Assembly (NCBI RefSeq): GCF_006345805.1
Contig: NC_042998.1
Coordinates: 191,518,001 to 191,582,000 of the forward strand
Source of the DNA: Octopus sinensis
Taxonomy: Eukaryota
Direction of reading: 5' to 3'
Length of the DNA stretch: 64,000 nt
How positions within the stretch are numbered: position 1 is the stretch's first letter; every line of letters starts with the position of its first letter. The notes under the pieces were generated by a model, which made no database searches, had not been told where the DNA came from, and was given only the letters and a program-made list of their open reading frames with translations. Positions 52,480 through 64,000 of the stretch are shown here, in pieces. Both the position numbers and the translations under genes were made by a program.

Positions 52480-53790
52480 AGATGAAAAGTTGCAGAAAAT
52501 CCTCATTCTTCGCTTCAATCGCTCTTTGAAGGACGATAAAATACCCTCGCTGTAGAAACGGTGGAATACCATGTTGCTTCATAAGAAGAGTGATAAAGAA
52601 AATTTAAGAAAGTATCAACAATATATCTCTTGTCTTATATGTATAAGCTGTTTACAAGCTCATAGTTTCTAGACTAGCGAAACATCTTCATAACCAGGAG
52701 CCGAGGGAGAACTCATATTTACATAAGAACCACTGTACGATGGATCGCATATTCACTCTATCACAACTTATAGAAAAAAGAAAAGGATACCAGCTGCCTC
52801 TGTGCATCGCTCTCGTCAATTACGAAAAGGCCTTCGACAGCATGGAGACGCAATGGGGAAATCTCTGGATATACAAGGTAACGAGAAGCAACACACCGAA
52901 ATGCTGAGGAATGCAAACTCTAGATGCACCACTATATAACTTTACTGTGGAAACCAATATGACTTCCCAATGAGGAGGATGTCAAACAAGGAGATATATC
53001 TTGAAAGCCCAGCACCGCATGCTTAGAAATGTTCATTAGAGAACTTGGATTGGAGGTGGTGTGCAAATCAAGAGCGAACTCTTGATGGATTCGTAATCAT
53101 AGCCGAAGCCACAGATCAGCTGCAAACCATTTCGACAGAGCTGGACACCAAAGGATCAGCAGTAAGACTTAATATAATTCTCACACCCAACAAATAAAAT
53201 TGAAAATGTAGTACAGGACTGAATAGAAGTGACATGCGATGAAATCGTGGAGGTAAAGAAGTACGTCTACTTAGTGCACAGATAATATGCGGCGAGCAAT
53301 ATCAATGAAAATGAGGACAAGATCGAATGCGTTTATCTCAATAAAGGAAGTGTTTAAAACAAAGCTGAACAAGGTCATAATGCCAGACTTTTCAATACAC
53401 TGCATGAGTTCTTATACTCAGGTGAGACATGGGCTATCACAAAGAGGGAAGAAAAGCAATGGACTACGACACAAATGGCCATGGAAAAGCTCCATGCTAG
53501 GAATGTCAATAAGAGAGTACAACCGAAATGAGATAATTCAAGACAGGAGCGGAGCGAACAGCGTGATAGCAGAGTAGCGAAAGCACAAGTTTACGTGTGT
53601 CGGCAATATCGCAATGTTCAGAAACAAGAGGTGGACCTATGCAGTTGACAAGCGATATACAACAGATCGGGAAAAGTCGCTTCGAATGCTGCCACAACGA
53701 TGGAGGAAACGGTTTTAATGATTCTGGGTATGGTCGAATACCAAATGGCGTAGTCAAAAAGGAATTGGAAGCGCATTGTGACCAGGGATG
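52480..53790 (+). mobile_element. RTE-clade LINE RT relic
   Basis: MLLHKKSDKENLRKY..YKLFT, DRIFTLSQLIEKRKGYQLPLCIALVNYEKAFDS, VKQGDIS, KKYVYL, and a GNIA..RWT..RW C-terminal pattern, with many stops and frameshifts. Confidence 0.85.
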
Positions 53791-53897
53791 TATAACAACA
53801 TGTGATTGTCATATCAATACAATGATAGTGATACACACACACACACACACCAAACACACATACACACAAACACACGCAGGCACAGACATATATAGTC

Positions 53898-53944
<47 letters not shown>

Positions 53945-54198
53945 TGATAAAATTTTCCATTAGACAAATAGTTGTGATTCGTATGCTTTGTATGTAAAAA
54001 TGAAACAAACCTTATGCTTCGACTGCACATGATTTGTATCATAAACTGTACTTATTTGTGTTTCTTATTGCCTGCTGTATACATTGCATTATGTACATAG
54101 AAATATGCACACATAAACACGCACTACACACAAACACGCACACGCATATATGTACACAAACATATGCACAGATATATAACATATATGTACATGTATAT

Positions 54199-54237
<39 letters not shown>

Positions 54238-54264
54238 CTAATTATCTGAATATATATATATGCA

Positions 54265-54374
<110 letters not shown>

Positions 54375-54933
54375 AATTGTGTGTGTGTGAGTGTGTATAC
54401 ATGTATATGTATGTGCAAGCGTCTATCCATAATATCATATGTTATATGTAATGAATATTAGGCAGTAATATCATATATTATAATATCCCTCGTATAATAT
54501 TTGCTACCAACATGAATATAAGGACGAAAAATAACCGTAAATTAGATAACAATATACATATATTAATGCCATGCATCTTCATAGCATGTTTTATAGGTAA
54601 TTTTTTCCCGCATGCCTCGAATCATCAGGATGTTATTGTAAAATTTCTTTTGATTCTGAGTTTATGGAGGTGAATTTTCGACAATCATATCACAAAGATG
54701 GAACATGCGAACAATGAAAAATATCGGTTATTAAAAAACGAAACCTATAATACCAACTATTAATTAATACATTCCTCTCCCTTTGAATTTCTGTTTATGA
54801 ATGTTTGCTATGCAAACAGGCAGACATACATCATACTTATAAGTATGCATATATATATATATATATATAAGCAATAATCATATAAAAATGTATTAATATA
54901 TTCATATAAATTATACATAATTACATATGCATA

Positions 54934-54990
<57 letters not shown>

Positions 54991-56044
54991 TATAGGCGTG
55001 TGTGTTTGTATGTATGTATTGGCATATATGCCTATATATATATGTATATATATATATATATATTATATATATATATATACACACACGATAAAATTGAATC
55101 CAAAGACATCGGCGCTGGATAGCGTCGGCGAGACTTGTATTACTCAGTATAATCGACCAGAGTACAGTGAACTTGCCGGTGGTGGGAAGTAGGAATGGCA
55201 GCGTTACCGACATGTTCCTTCTTCAGGGAAAAGTTGACGGGGTTAAAGCTAAATTGATTTCCCTCGTGTCATCTTTTCCTTGAAGAAGGTATCTGCCCGC
55301 AATGAAGAATTTCCATTCAACACTGCAATTTTTTGTCGATTATAGGAAATAATACAAGTCTTTTGTTGATCTTACCATGCATATAAATATTAATGTAAAT
55401 GATATATTGGTCCAGTGCAATTTAAACCTTAAACTGCGTGACAAATAACTAGTGTTTACAACTCCATATGTATTTTCGTTTGAGTATTGTAATTGTATTC
55501 TGTTATGAAATTCATGTTTGAATGTTACATAGAATGTACGTAAAAACAAACAAAATAGATATTGTTCTATATTTAAGAGATGAGGAATTGCGTACATTGT
55601 TTACATTTGACGGGTATTTGTTATCATCTTGGTTGTTATTAACACTTCGCAAATATCTCCGAGTAAAACCAACAGTGGAAGTGAATATGACCAAAGACTG
55701 CGTGTACTCCCTCCTAGGCAGCTGTGGTAGCGTATACTAAGGCAAAACATGCTGCTCCCTCAAAATAAGTGTAGACGAACATCGCAAGTCTGTGACACGA
55801 GGATGTATTAATAAATCGGGTATAGCTGATCACATATGGAAAAATGTGGGATGAAGTTAAAATAATACGCAGAAAAAGGCCACTGGAAAATGCGAAAACT
55901 AAAAGAAGCAGCACATATGCTAGGACACAGCAACCTCCTAAGCAGACCGAGAGCAGATATGAGTAGCAAATGGGAATCTGTATTAAGGAAGGATAAGAAA
56001 ATATTAAATCTATAAGCCGTAAAATTCACTCCCTAATTGTCCAC

Positions 56045-56110
56045 GGGCATATAGGTTAAGAGTGCGGGTTACTAACCACAAGATTCCGAGTTCGATTTCA
56101 AGCTGTGACC
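56045..56110 (+). promoter_or_regulatory. tRNA-like segment (Pol III B box, anticodon-loop-like arm) inside the PLE 3' end
   Basis: gggcata..ggttaagag-tgcggg-ttactaa-ccac..gagttcgattt..tgtgacc. The ends gggcata/tgtgacc pair like an acceptor stem. The A box is partly lost. Confidence 0.55.
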
Positions 56111-56188
56111 TGAATAATAATAATAATAATGATAACAACAACAACAGCAACATCGGAAAATGAGAACCCAGGTTCGAAATTTCCCCAA

Positions 56189-56234
56189 GGTACCTGATGA
56201 CGGCGGGCGGGTATATCAGCCGTAACGTTGTGTT
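56189..56234 (+). ncRNA. Minimal type I hammerhead ribozyme, degenerate in this copy (GAAA mutated to GTAA)
   Basis: GGTAC-CTGATGA-C-GGCGG..CAGCC-GTAA-CG-T-T-GTGTT: stem I GGTAC/GTGTT, stem II GGC(G)G/CAGCC, palindromic ACGT stem III typical of dimer-acting PLE hammerheads. Confidence 0.65.
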
Positions 56235-56294
56235 AACAACAAACAAGATGAGGACAAATATCCGTCAAATGTAAAATAATGAAAATAGATATTG

Positions 56295-56478
56295 ATTTCA
56301 AATTGTGGCCCAAGGGTAGAAATTTTAGGGGACGGGTTAAATTAATTACATCGACTTCACTGCTCAACTGAAAGGTAAAGTCGACTTCGATGGAGTTTGA
56401 ACTCAGGAGTTAAAGACGGGTGGAATGCTGCTAAGCATTTTGATCGGCGTGCTGACGTTTCTGCTTGTTCGCCGCCTG
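56295..56478 (-). mobile_element. SINE family B, diverged
   Basis: aaagtcgacttcgatggagtttgaactcagg..gctaagcatttt..ttcgccgcc. Confidence 0.8.
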
Positions 56479-58269
56479 AAACAACCAACGAGATATTGTT
56501 TATACGATACTGAGTTACACCATCTTCCTACCTATTTAGGAAAACAATGAATAAACAATCATTGGTGTTGCTAATAGCAACCCGGCTGAATAAATGTCAC
56601 CACTCCATTGATTTATGCACATACATAAATATATTCACGCGAATTACATGCATCGCACACATATCAGAATAATTAGGCAATAACAGTTTCTAATACCATT
56701 CAGAAAGAAAGAAGCTTGTCTGATTGCAGAGCAAAAGTTTATTGTGAAAATGAGACGGTTCAAAACTTCACAGTGACTAGAGGTTTCAAATCCGGAAGCC
56801 TTCACCCTAATGAACGTTGGTACACGTAGTTTGTTGGTTCGCCTTCGTTGGATTTCAATTGTGTTTGATGTATAACGAGTGGCTTCATATCTTAAAAGCA
56901 GGAGTTTCATTTGTCTTTTTTTTATCTGATTGTTCATGCCTGTATTCCTGCCGGTGTACAAGTGTATATTTAGTCGACAGATACTTTTAGTCACATATAT
57001 CTCTTACACTAGCAACTACATCACTTCCAGTCACAAATCCTATAACCTTCAAAAATGAAAAATATTATGCCAAAATTTTATATCTCGTAATTTTTCCATC
57101 AATAGCCAACTTAAATAGATACCATATTATGAAAAAACAATCTCTTGTTCCATATCATATCTACACGCACAAATAAATACGCATATACATAACAAGCAAA
57201 CACTCTAAGCCTTCTAACGTAGTCCATGTTATAGACAAGCCAAGGATCGAAACCCACAACATCTATTTCTCAACTCTTCATTAGTTTGACTATTCCTGTT
57301 GTAAGAGGAAATCACTATTTAGTGTGAGGTGTCTATCTATTCAGTTTCTACTATGTGTGTATGTGTGTGTGTGTTAGAGATTAAAAACAAATAAACTAAA
57401 AAATAATGAAATATAATGGAATACAATATCTGTTATTATGTAACCATATAAACAATAGAAATAAAGCTGTATAGAAATACAGAACAGAGAAAAGGAAAAG
57501 ATAAACAGAAAGAGGATTATGAATCCACCGATTGGTTGCCATTTAATTTTTTCTAAATTCAATATGAAATGTTATAAAATATTGAAGTACTCTACTGAAA
57601 TCTTTGTCTTTTCAGTTGGAAACAAAATATTGTTCGGTATACCACTCCTATTAGAAGCGGTAGGTAGTTAGATGAATATTATTTTGTAGGTTTTTTGGAA
57701 CCATTCTGTTACTTCTCCTCTGAGAATAGAGTTATGTGGTATGTTTATCACCTTTCTCATTCTGCTTTCACCAGCTGCATACATTTCACAGTTCTTCATT
57801 GCATGAACGTACATGTGTGCTCATAAATACGTAGTAGAAAGGAAAATAGAAATGTCTTTAGTACTGTAGAGTATAGTTACAATCATGAAGATGATAGAAA
57901 ATAATAATCAGAAATGTCAGTCTTCTTCACTTTTGCAAACATATATACATACTATATGAATGAAGGAAACCACTAAAGAAATAGGCGCGGCAGCTGAAGC
58001 CTAGCTTTCGGAGGCTATGATTGATTGAAGACGGCAAGTGGATATTTTCCGTAGGCGAAGATTAGTTTAGTCCTCGCTGTCCTAAGTAGGGGAAGCGTAG
58101 GAGTGGATGTGTGGTAAGTAGCTTGCTTACCAACCACATGGTTCCAGGTTCAGTCCCACTGCGTGGCACCTTGGATATACATGTGATTTTGCATCCACAT
58201 ATACGTCTACATTCATACACATTCACAGGCACACACATACACACTCATATGTATGCCTATACGGGTTTT

Positions 58270-60130
58270 ATATGCCGCTTATAAACTAACATTTGGTGCA
58301 TAGTTTGGATGTCGCTGTTGTTCTTCTCTTCAGGTATTAATACTATTTTCTCCTCCAGTAGCCATTCAGACATTTATTTTGAGGTATTTTTAATACTTTT
58401 ATCACTGATTCATAAACACTGATTTGGCATTCGACCAGAAAGTAGGGACATTGTCAATCTTAAGGACCTTCTGTTCTTGTTGAACTGGTGAAGTATTATA
58501 GCCATGTTAACTATTTAAAAAAATAATTCTCTTGTCTGACACATTCTTCAATTTTATTGTACTAAATGTCTTTGGACATTGCTCTCCACGACCGTCCTAC
58601 ACGAATTTCTCTTTGTAGTGGTTAGCCCTTCAGTGTTATGTATTAATTTCTAATTCTTGTCTTTAGAATTTTCTCTGATTTGATTCAGGTAATTTGCTCT
58701 TCTGGAGAAAGCTCTCGTGTTTTCAAAGCGTTTTATTATATATGTCACTACTGCTATCATTTACGTAAATATACTACCAGCGTGCCTTGTTTTCTTCATT
58801 GATATCATATGTTTTTATTAGATGTTCCCTTTTATCATATTAAGCATATCTTCTGTTTCATTTCGTTCTTTTCAATCTTATACGAAATATATTCTGATTT
58901 GATTTGGGTAGGTTTGTGTCATTTAGTATCAAACATGATTGCCTACGATATAACCGTTGCTCCTGAATAGATTAAATCACTCATTCTCTTTATTTTCAAA
59001 TATTCTGAATTGGATAGCTGAATTTTATTCAGGGATGCCCTGAGATTATTATTTCGTTTTGACCTTAAGTAGGACGTGTCTATTGTTCCTTGTTCATTGA
59101 TATTAGAGTTCTTTCTTTTTCATCTATTCTTTTAATTGTCTCTGCCATATTCCCCTCGATGCTAACTCTGGTATATTTGCTCTATGTAATGCTTGGTTGA
59201 AGGAACTTTTTCTCGTTAGAAATTTGATGGATGTCTCCATTAGTACTGTATGAACAAAATCATTATTTTTAAGTTTTGGTCTCCATTTTCTATTAATTAT
59301 TATAACCCCATTTTAAGTAGTTCTACTTTTAACGATTGTTTTCACTAAAACATTGAATGCATCTTTGTGTGCCTTAACCAATACCAAGTTTTATATTCAT
59401 TTCCTTTTCTAGCGGCATCACTCTTAGGCAAAGTTTTGGCAGCGATGATGGAGCATTGGCATGTAGGCCTCATGATATTTGCTCCGACTTTTTGCACTCT
59501 GAATTCAAATCACGCTGAGGTCAAGTTTGCTGTTCATGATTTTGGAATCGATACAAAAAAGATACCAATCCAGAGTGGTCGAGTTTTCTCTGATACATTT
59601 TGGAATATCCTCTCGATTTTATCTTTAACATTTCGTTTTAACATTTCTTTTGTTTCTATATCTTTACTTTCAGGGTAGTTACTTTCTAATTTGCGCCTTC
59701 TTCTCTTATATATATTTCTTTATTGCCCACAAAGGGCTAAACATAGAGGAGACAAACAAAGGGATTAAGTCAACTACATCGACCCCAGTGTGTAACTGGT
59801 AATTTATTTATCGACCCCGAAAGGATGAAAGGCAAAGTCGACCTCGGCGGAATTTGAACTCAGAACGTAGCGACAAAAGAAATACTGCTGAGCATTTCGC
59901 CCGGCGTGCTAACGTTTCTGCCAGCTCGCCGCTTCTTCTCTTATATATGTTTACTTAATATTCCTTTATCACACTAATCAACCACTCATTGGTTGTCGTC
60001 TCTAAGTGTATAGCTTGTCTCATTGTTATCACTCCGTAGTATTCTTCTATCTGTATAAAACCGAATGTACCATGTATGAGAGGTTTGTATACTCTATCCG
60101 CATCAGTCTTGAAGTGTCTGCTTTGCAACA
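58270..60130 (-). mobile_element. Decayed non-LTR element, R4/Dong-like, interrupted by SINEs
   Basis: Minus-strand fragments: DADRVYKPLIHGTFGFIQIE (~60050-60105), DLIYSGATVI (58948-58978), EWLLEEKIVLIP (58332-58367). These recall the RLY.PR..GG.GL, LIYAGA.V and W...G.T.LIPK motifs of R4-clade ORFs. Confidence 0.45.
59714..59931 (-). mobile_element. SINE family B monomer with 17-bp TSD
   Basis: TSD cttcttctcttatatat at 59697-59713 and 59932-59948. Confidence 0.95.
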
Positions 60131-60131
60131 C

Positions 60132-60540
60132 TTTCTTTTATTCTTTTTTCTTTTACTTGTTTCAGTCATTTGACTGCGGCCATGCTGGAGCACCGCCTTT
60201 AGTCGAGCAAATCGACCCCGGGACTTATTCTTTCTAAGCCCAGTACTTATTCTATCGGTCTCTTTTGCCGAATCGCTAAGTTACGGGGACGTAAACACAC
60301 CAGCATCGGTTGTCCATGCAATGCTAGGGGGACAAACACAGACACAGAAACACACAAACACACATATATAAACATATATACGACAGGCTTCTTTCAGTTT
60401 CCGTCTACCAAGTCCACTCACAAGGATTTGGTCAGCCCGAGACTATAGTAGAAGACACTTGCCCAAGATGCCACGCAGTGGGAGTGAACCCGGAACCATG
60501 TGGTTGGTTAGCAAGCTACTTACCACGCAGCCACTCCTTA
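60132..60540 (-). mobile_element. SINE family A, full length
   Basis: Reverse complement of the full family A sequence. Confidence 0.95.
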
Positions 60541-60715
60541 ATTGCTTTGTATGTGTTAAGGTGAGAATTTTCTCTCTAAGCTCTTCAGTTTACCTAAACA
60601 GCAGTTCATTTTGTTAAAGTGGTAGTTTATAACTAAGCTGGAGAGTATATTTGCTCGTATTAAAATATCTCTAGCACTTTCTTCAGTTTTTAATATTAGT
60701 CCGACACTTTTTTTC

Positions 60716-61131
60716 AGGCGTAGGAGTGGCTGTGTGGTAAGTAGCTTGCTTACCAACCACATGGTTCCGGATTCACTCCCACTGCGTGGCACCTTGGGCA
60801 AGTGTCTTCTACTCTAACTCAGGCCGACCAAAGCCTTGTGAGTGGATTTGGTAGACGGAAACTGAAAGAAGCCTGTCGTATATATGTATACATATATATA
60901 TGTATGTATGTGTGTATATGTTTGTGTGTCTGTGTTTGTCCCCCCAACATCGCTTGACAGCCGATGCTGGTGTGTTTACGTCCCCGTTATTTAGCGGTTC
61001 GGCAAAAGTGACCGATAGAATATGTACTAGGCTTACAAAGCATAAGTCCTGGGGTCGATTTGCTCGACTAAAGGCGGTGTTCCAGAATGGCCACAGTCAA
61101 ATGACTGAAACAAGTAAAAGAGTAAAAGAGT
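60716..61131 (+). mobile_element. SINE family A, full length
   Basis: aggcgtaggagtggctgtgtggtaag through gaaacaagtaaaagagtaaaagag. Confidence 0.95.
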
Positions 61132-61227
61132 ATTCTTAATTTTCTCTTTCGTTTAAGTGTATTGTGTTTTAATTGTTTCATCTAGCACTGATTATATTTT
61201 TGAATGGATTTAATCTACATCTATTTA

Positions 61228-61626
61228 AGTGGCTGTGTGGCTGTGTGGTAAGTAGCTTGTTTACCAACCACATGGTTCCGGGTTCAGTCTCACTGCGTGG
61301 TATCTTGGGCAAGTGTCTTCTGCTATAGCCCCGGGCCGACCGATGCCTTGTGAGTGGATTTGGTAGACGGAAACTGAAAGAAGCCTGTCGTATATATGTA
61401 TATATGTATGTGTATGTATGTGTGTGTATGTGTTTGTTTGTCTGTGTTTGTCTCCCTAGCATTGCTTGACAACCGATGCTAGTGTGTTTACGTCCCCGCC
61501 ACTTAGCGGTTCGGCAAAAGAGACCGATAGAATAAGTACTGGGCTTACAAAAAATAAGTCCCCGGGATTGATTTGCTCGACTAAAGGCGGTGCTCCAGCA
61601 TGGCCGAAGTCAAATGACTGAAACAA

Positions 61627-61657
<31 letters not shown>

Positions 61658-61660
61658 AAG
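61228..61660 (+). mobile_element. SINE family A, near full length, (TAAA)n tail
   Basis: agtggctgtgtggctgtgtggtaag through gaaacaagtaaaaataaataaa. Confidence 0.95.
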
Positions 61661-61869
61661 TGTAAGTTAATACTATCACTTTTAGTTAGTTTTCCTCTTC
61701 ATATAGTAGTTAATCCCACTCATTTTTATATCCAAACTGAAATTATAAGTAATTCTTACTAGGTTTCTCAACTGGATATTATCGCTGATGCCTAGTCTCA
61801 TGTCCGCTGAATAGGGGAGATATTTTCGCGTAATAGACAGGGTTTATACTGTATCATAATAATAATATA

Positions 61870-62029
61870 TTTCTTTACTGCTCACAAGGGACTACATACA
61901 GAGGGGGCAAACAAAGACAGATAAAGGGATTAAGTCGATTACATCGACCCCAGTGCAGAACTGGTACTTTATTTATCGACCTCGAAAGGATGAAAGGCAA
62001 AAATAGTAGTAGTAATGATAATAATAATG

Positions 62030-62078
<49 letters not shown>

Positions 62079-62105
62079 TAATAATAATGATAACAATAAC
62101 GATAA
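61870..62105. repeat. SINE family B 3' half (minus strand) abutting an (AAT)n microsatellite at 62003-62105
   Basis: Direct reading. Confidence 0.85.
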
Positions 62106-62952
62106 TTTATGCAGTTGCTTTCATGTTATCAGTAAATGAATGCATAGAGAATAAAGTAATTGTCACCTTGGATAGTCTTAAATATAAACAAGAATAAAAA
62201 ATAAATGTTATATGAATAGATACATAACAAAAAACATTTTCGATAGGAGAATTCTGAAACACACACACACACACACATACATCTTTTATGTAATTAGTTA
62301 TGTCTATATAAAGGATACATTCAACTATTATGCAGCTAATAGTTGATATATCTACAGACCATTACTTACTCCATCAAATATTTTTGCACATTACCTTGCC
62401 ACACAATAACTTAAAAATGTATTCTTAATTCTTATTATATCTCCTCCATCTTTGCTGTTTTGCTTTAACGATTATTGAGTTAATTCCATTTTTCTAAAGG
62501 GAAAACTGCGATGATATATCACTATATGTTAAAAGTTAACAAAAAACAATTTTCTAACATCTATAGTTATAAAACTGTGGTCAATACAGTAGTTAGTAGA
62601 ACAATAATAAAATATAAAACGGGACGTTAAAATAGTTAGGAACGAAATCAATCAAAGCAATCAAAACATCAATGGTTATTGATATTCAATTTGTGATCCA
62701 ACATGTTTAAAGTAGGACGTTATCAAAGATTGTACCTATAGCAAAATATTGATTTCTACAAAGCACTTTCTGTTCTCTCAATAAATTCTTTAAAATCTAT
62801 GAAATGTTTAAATTTTCGAATGCTATAAATTTAGGATCGTTCTCAGATATGTTTGTTTCTGTATACACGCACCATATGTTCGCACCATATATATATATAT
62901 GCGTGTGTCTGTGTGTGTGTGTGTGTGTGTGCGCGCGCGCGCGTGTGTGTCA

Positions 62953-63195
62953 TTTTATTCTTTTATTCTTCTACTTGTTTCAGTCATATGACTGCGATAA
63001 TGTTGGAGCACCGCCTTAAAGGGTTTTTTTAGTCGAAGAAATCGATCCTATGACTTATTCTTTGTAAGCGTAGTATTTATTCTGTTGCTCTCTTTTGCCG
63101 AACCGCTAAGTTACGGGGATGTAAACATCATCAACATCGGTTGTCAAGCGATGGTAGGGGACAAATACAGACACAAAGATACACACGCATTATAT
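62953..63195 (-). mobile_element. SINE family A 3' half
   Basis: cttgtttcagtcatatgactgcg..gccgaaccgctaagttacgggg. Confidence 0.9.
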
Positions 63196-63211
63196 TATAT
63201 GTATATGTATG

Positions 63212-63264
<53 letters not shown>

Positions 63265-63265
<1 letters not shown>

Positions 63266-63683
63266 GGCGCAGGAGTGGCTGTGTGGTAAGTAGCTTGCTA
63301 ACCAACCACATGGCTCCGGGTTCAGTCCCACTGCGTGGCATCTTGGGCAAGTGTCTTCTGCTATAGCCCCGGGCCGACCAATGCCTTGTGAGTGGATTTG
63401 GTAGACGGAAACTGAAAGAAGCCTGTCGTATATGTGTATATATATATATGTGTGTGTATGTGTGTGTGTTTGTGTGTTTGTCCCCCTAGCATTGCTTGAC
63501 AACCGATGCTGGTGTGTTTATGTCCCCGTCACTTAGCGGTTTGGCAAAAGAGACCGATAGAATAAGTACTGGGCTTACAAAGAATAAGTCCCGGGGTCGA
63601 TTTGCTCGACTAAAGGCGGTGCTCCAGCATGGCCGCAGTCAAATGACTGAAACAAGTAAAAGATAAAAGATAAAGATAAAGAT
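63265..63683 (+). mobile_element. SINE family A, full length, (GATAAA)n-like tail
   Basis: aggcgcaggagtggctgtgtggtaag through gtaaaagataaaagataaag. Confidence 0.95.
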
Positions 63684-63800
63684 ACTTTATTAAAAAGCAG
63701 CAAAGATATCACAAAATATCCTGTTCGTCGTATAGTTTTGTTTAGAATGGAACAAAAATAAGGTTATATCCAAACATATACAATTGGTTTAATGGATACA

Positions 63801-64000
63801 CATTTGAAAATGATTTTGCTTCATTGGTCCTTTCAACTAACCGTCTTTACAATGACGGGTTGCATGCAATGAACAAATTCCCGTATAAAATCATCGTGTT
63901 ATAAAATCGAAGAATACCTTAAATCAAAAAATTGCATGCAACCGGTCATTGTAAAGACCGTTAGCAGAAAGGACCAATGAAACAAAATAATTTTCAAATG
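63801..64000. mobile_element. Foldback/MITE: 70-bp arms (6 mismatches), 60-bp spacer; may extend past the window end
   Basis: 63801-63870 matches the reverse complement of 63931-64000. Confidence 0.85.

Larger units (their letters stand above)
55563..56281 (+). mobile_element. Second PLE (Poseidon/Penelope-type): inverted tail copy, GIY-YIG relic and 3' terminal repeat
   Basis: 55646-56015 reads TLRKYLRVKP..KDCVYSLLGSCGSVY*GKTC..DEHRK..KSGIADHIW..WDEVKII..RKLKEAAHM..LLSRP. 55563-55645 is an inverted copy of the sequence starting at 56230. Confidence 0.85.

Overview
This is an AT-rich, microsatellite-saturated eukaryotic window, almost certainly from an octopus. That call rests on recognising octopod tRNA-derived SINE families from memory, not on a search. 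No host protein-coding gene or real tRNA/rRNA gene can be supported, and nearly all listed ORFs are translations of microsatellites or repeats. The window is a layered transposon landscape. It holds two Penelope-like retroelements (PLEs): a Naiad/Neptune-type copy folded back on itself over the first 3.66 kb, and a Poseidon/Penelope-type GIY-YIG relic at 55.6-56.3 kb. It also holds an internally deleted Rep/helicase Helitron, two non-autonomous Helitrons, several mariner relics, CR1-type, RTE and R4/Dong-like LINE fragments, about 30 SINE copies in three families, and several foldback/MITE hairpins. Four leads stand out. (1) The second PLE has a tRNA-like Pol III module and a minimal hammerhead ribozyme in its 3' end, and its inverted 5' duplicate starts exactly at the predicted ribozyme cleavage site. 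(2) One SINE family builds head-(body-tail)n arrays with an invariant junction at three loci, two of them inside a single TSD, with units of unequal age, suggesting self-targeted insertion. (3) A 155-nt near-perfect hairpin has a G-U bias on the + strand. (4) Two AG|GTAAGT sites resemble recursive splice sites. All coordinates and motif calls were read by eye; repeat boundaries may be off by tens of bases.
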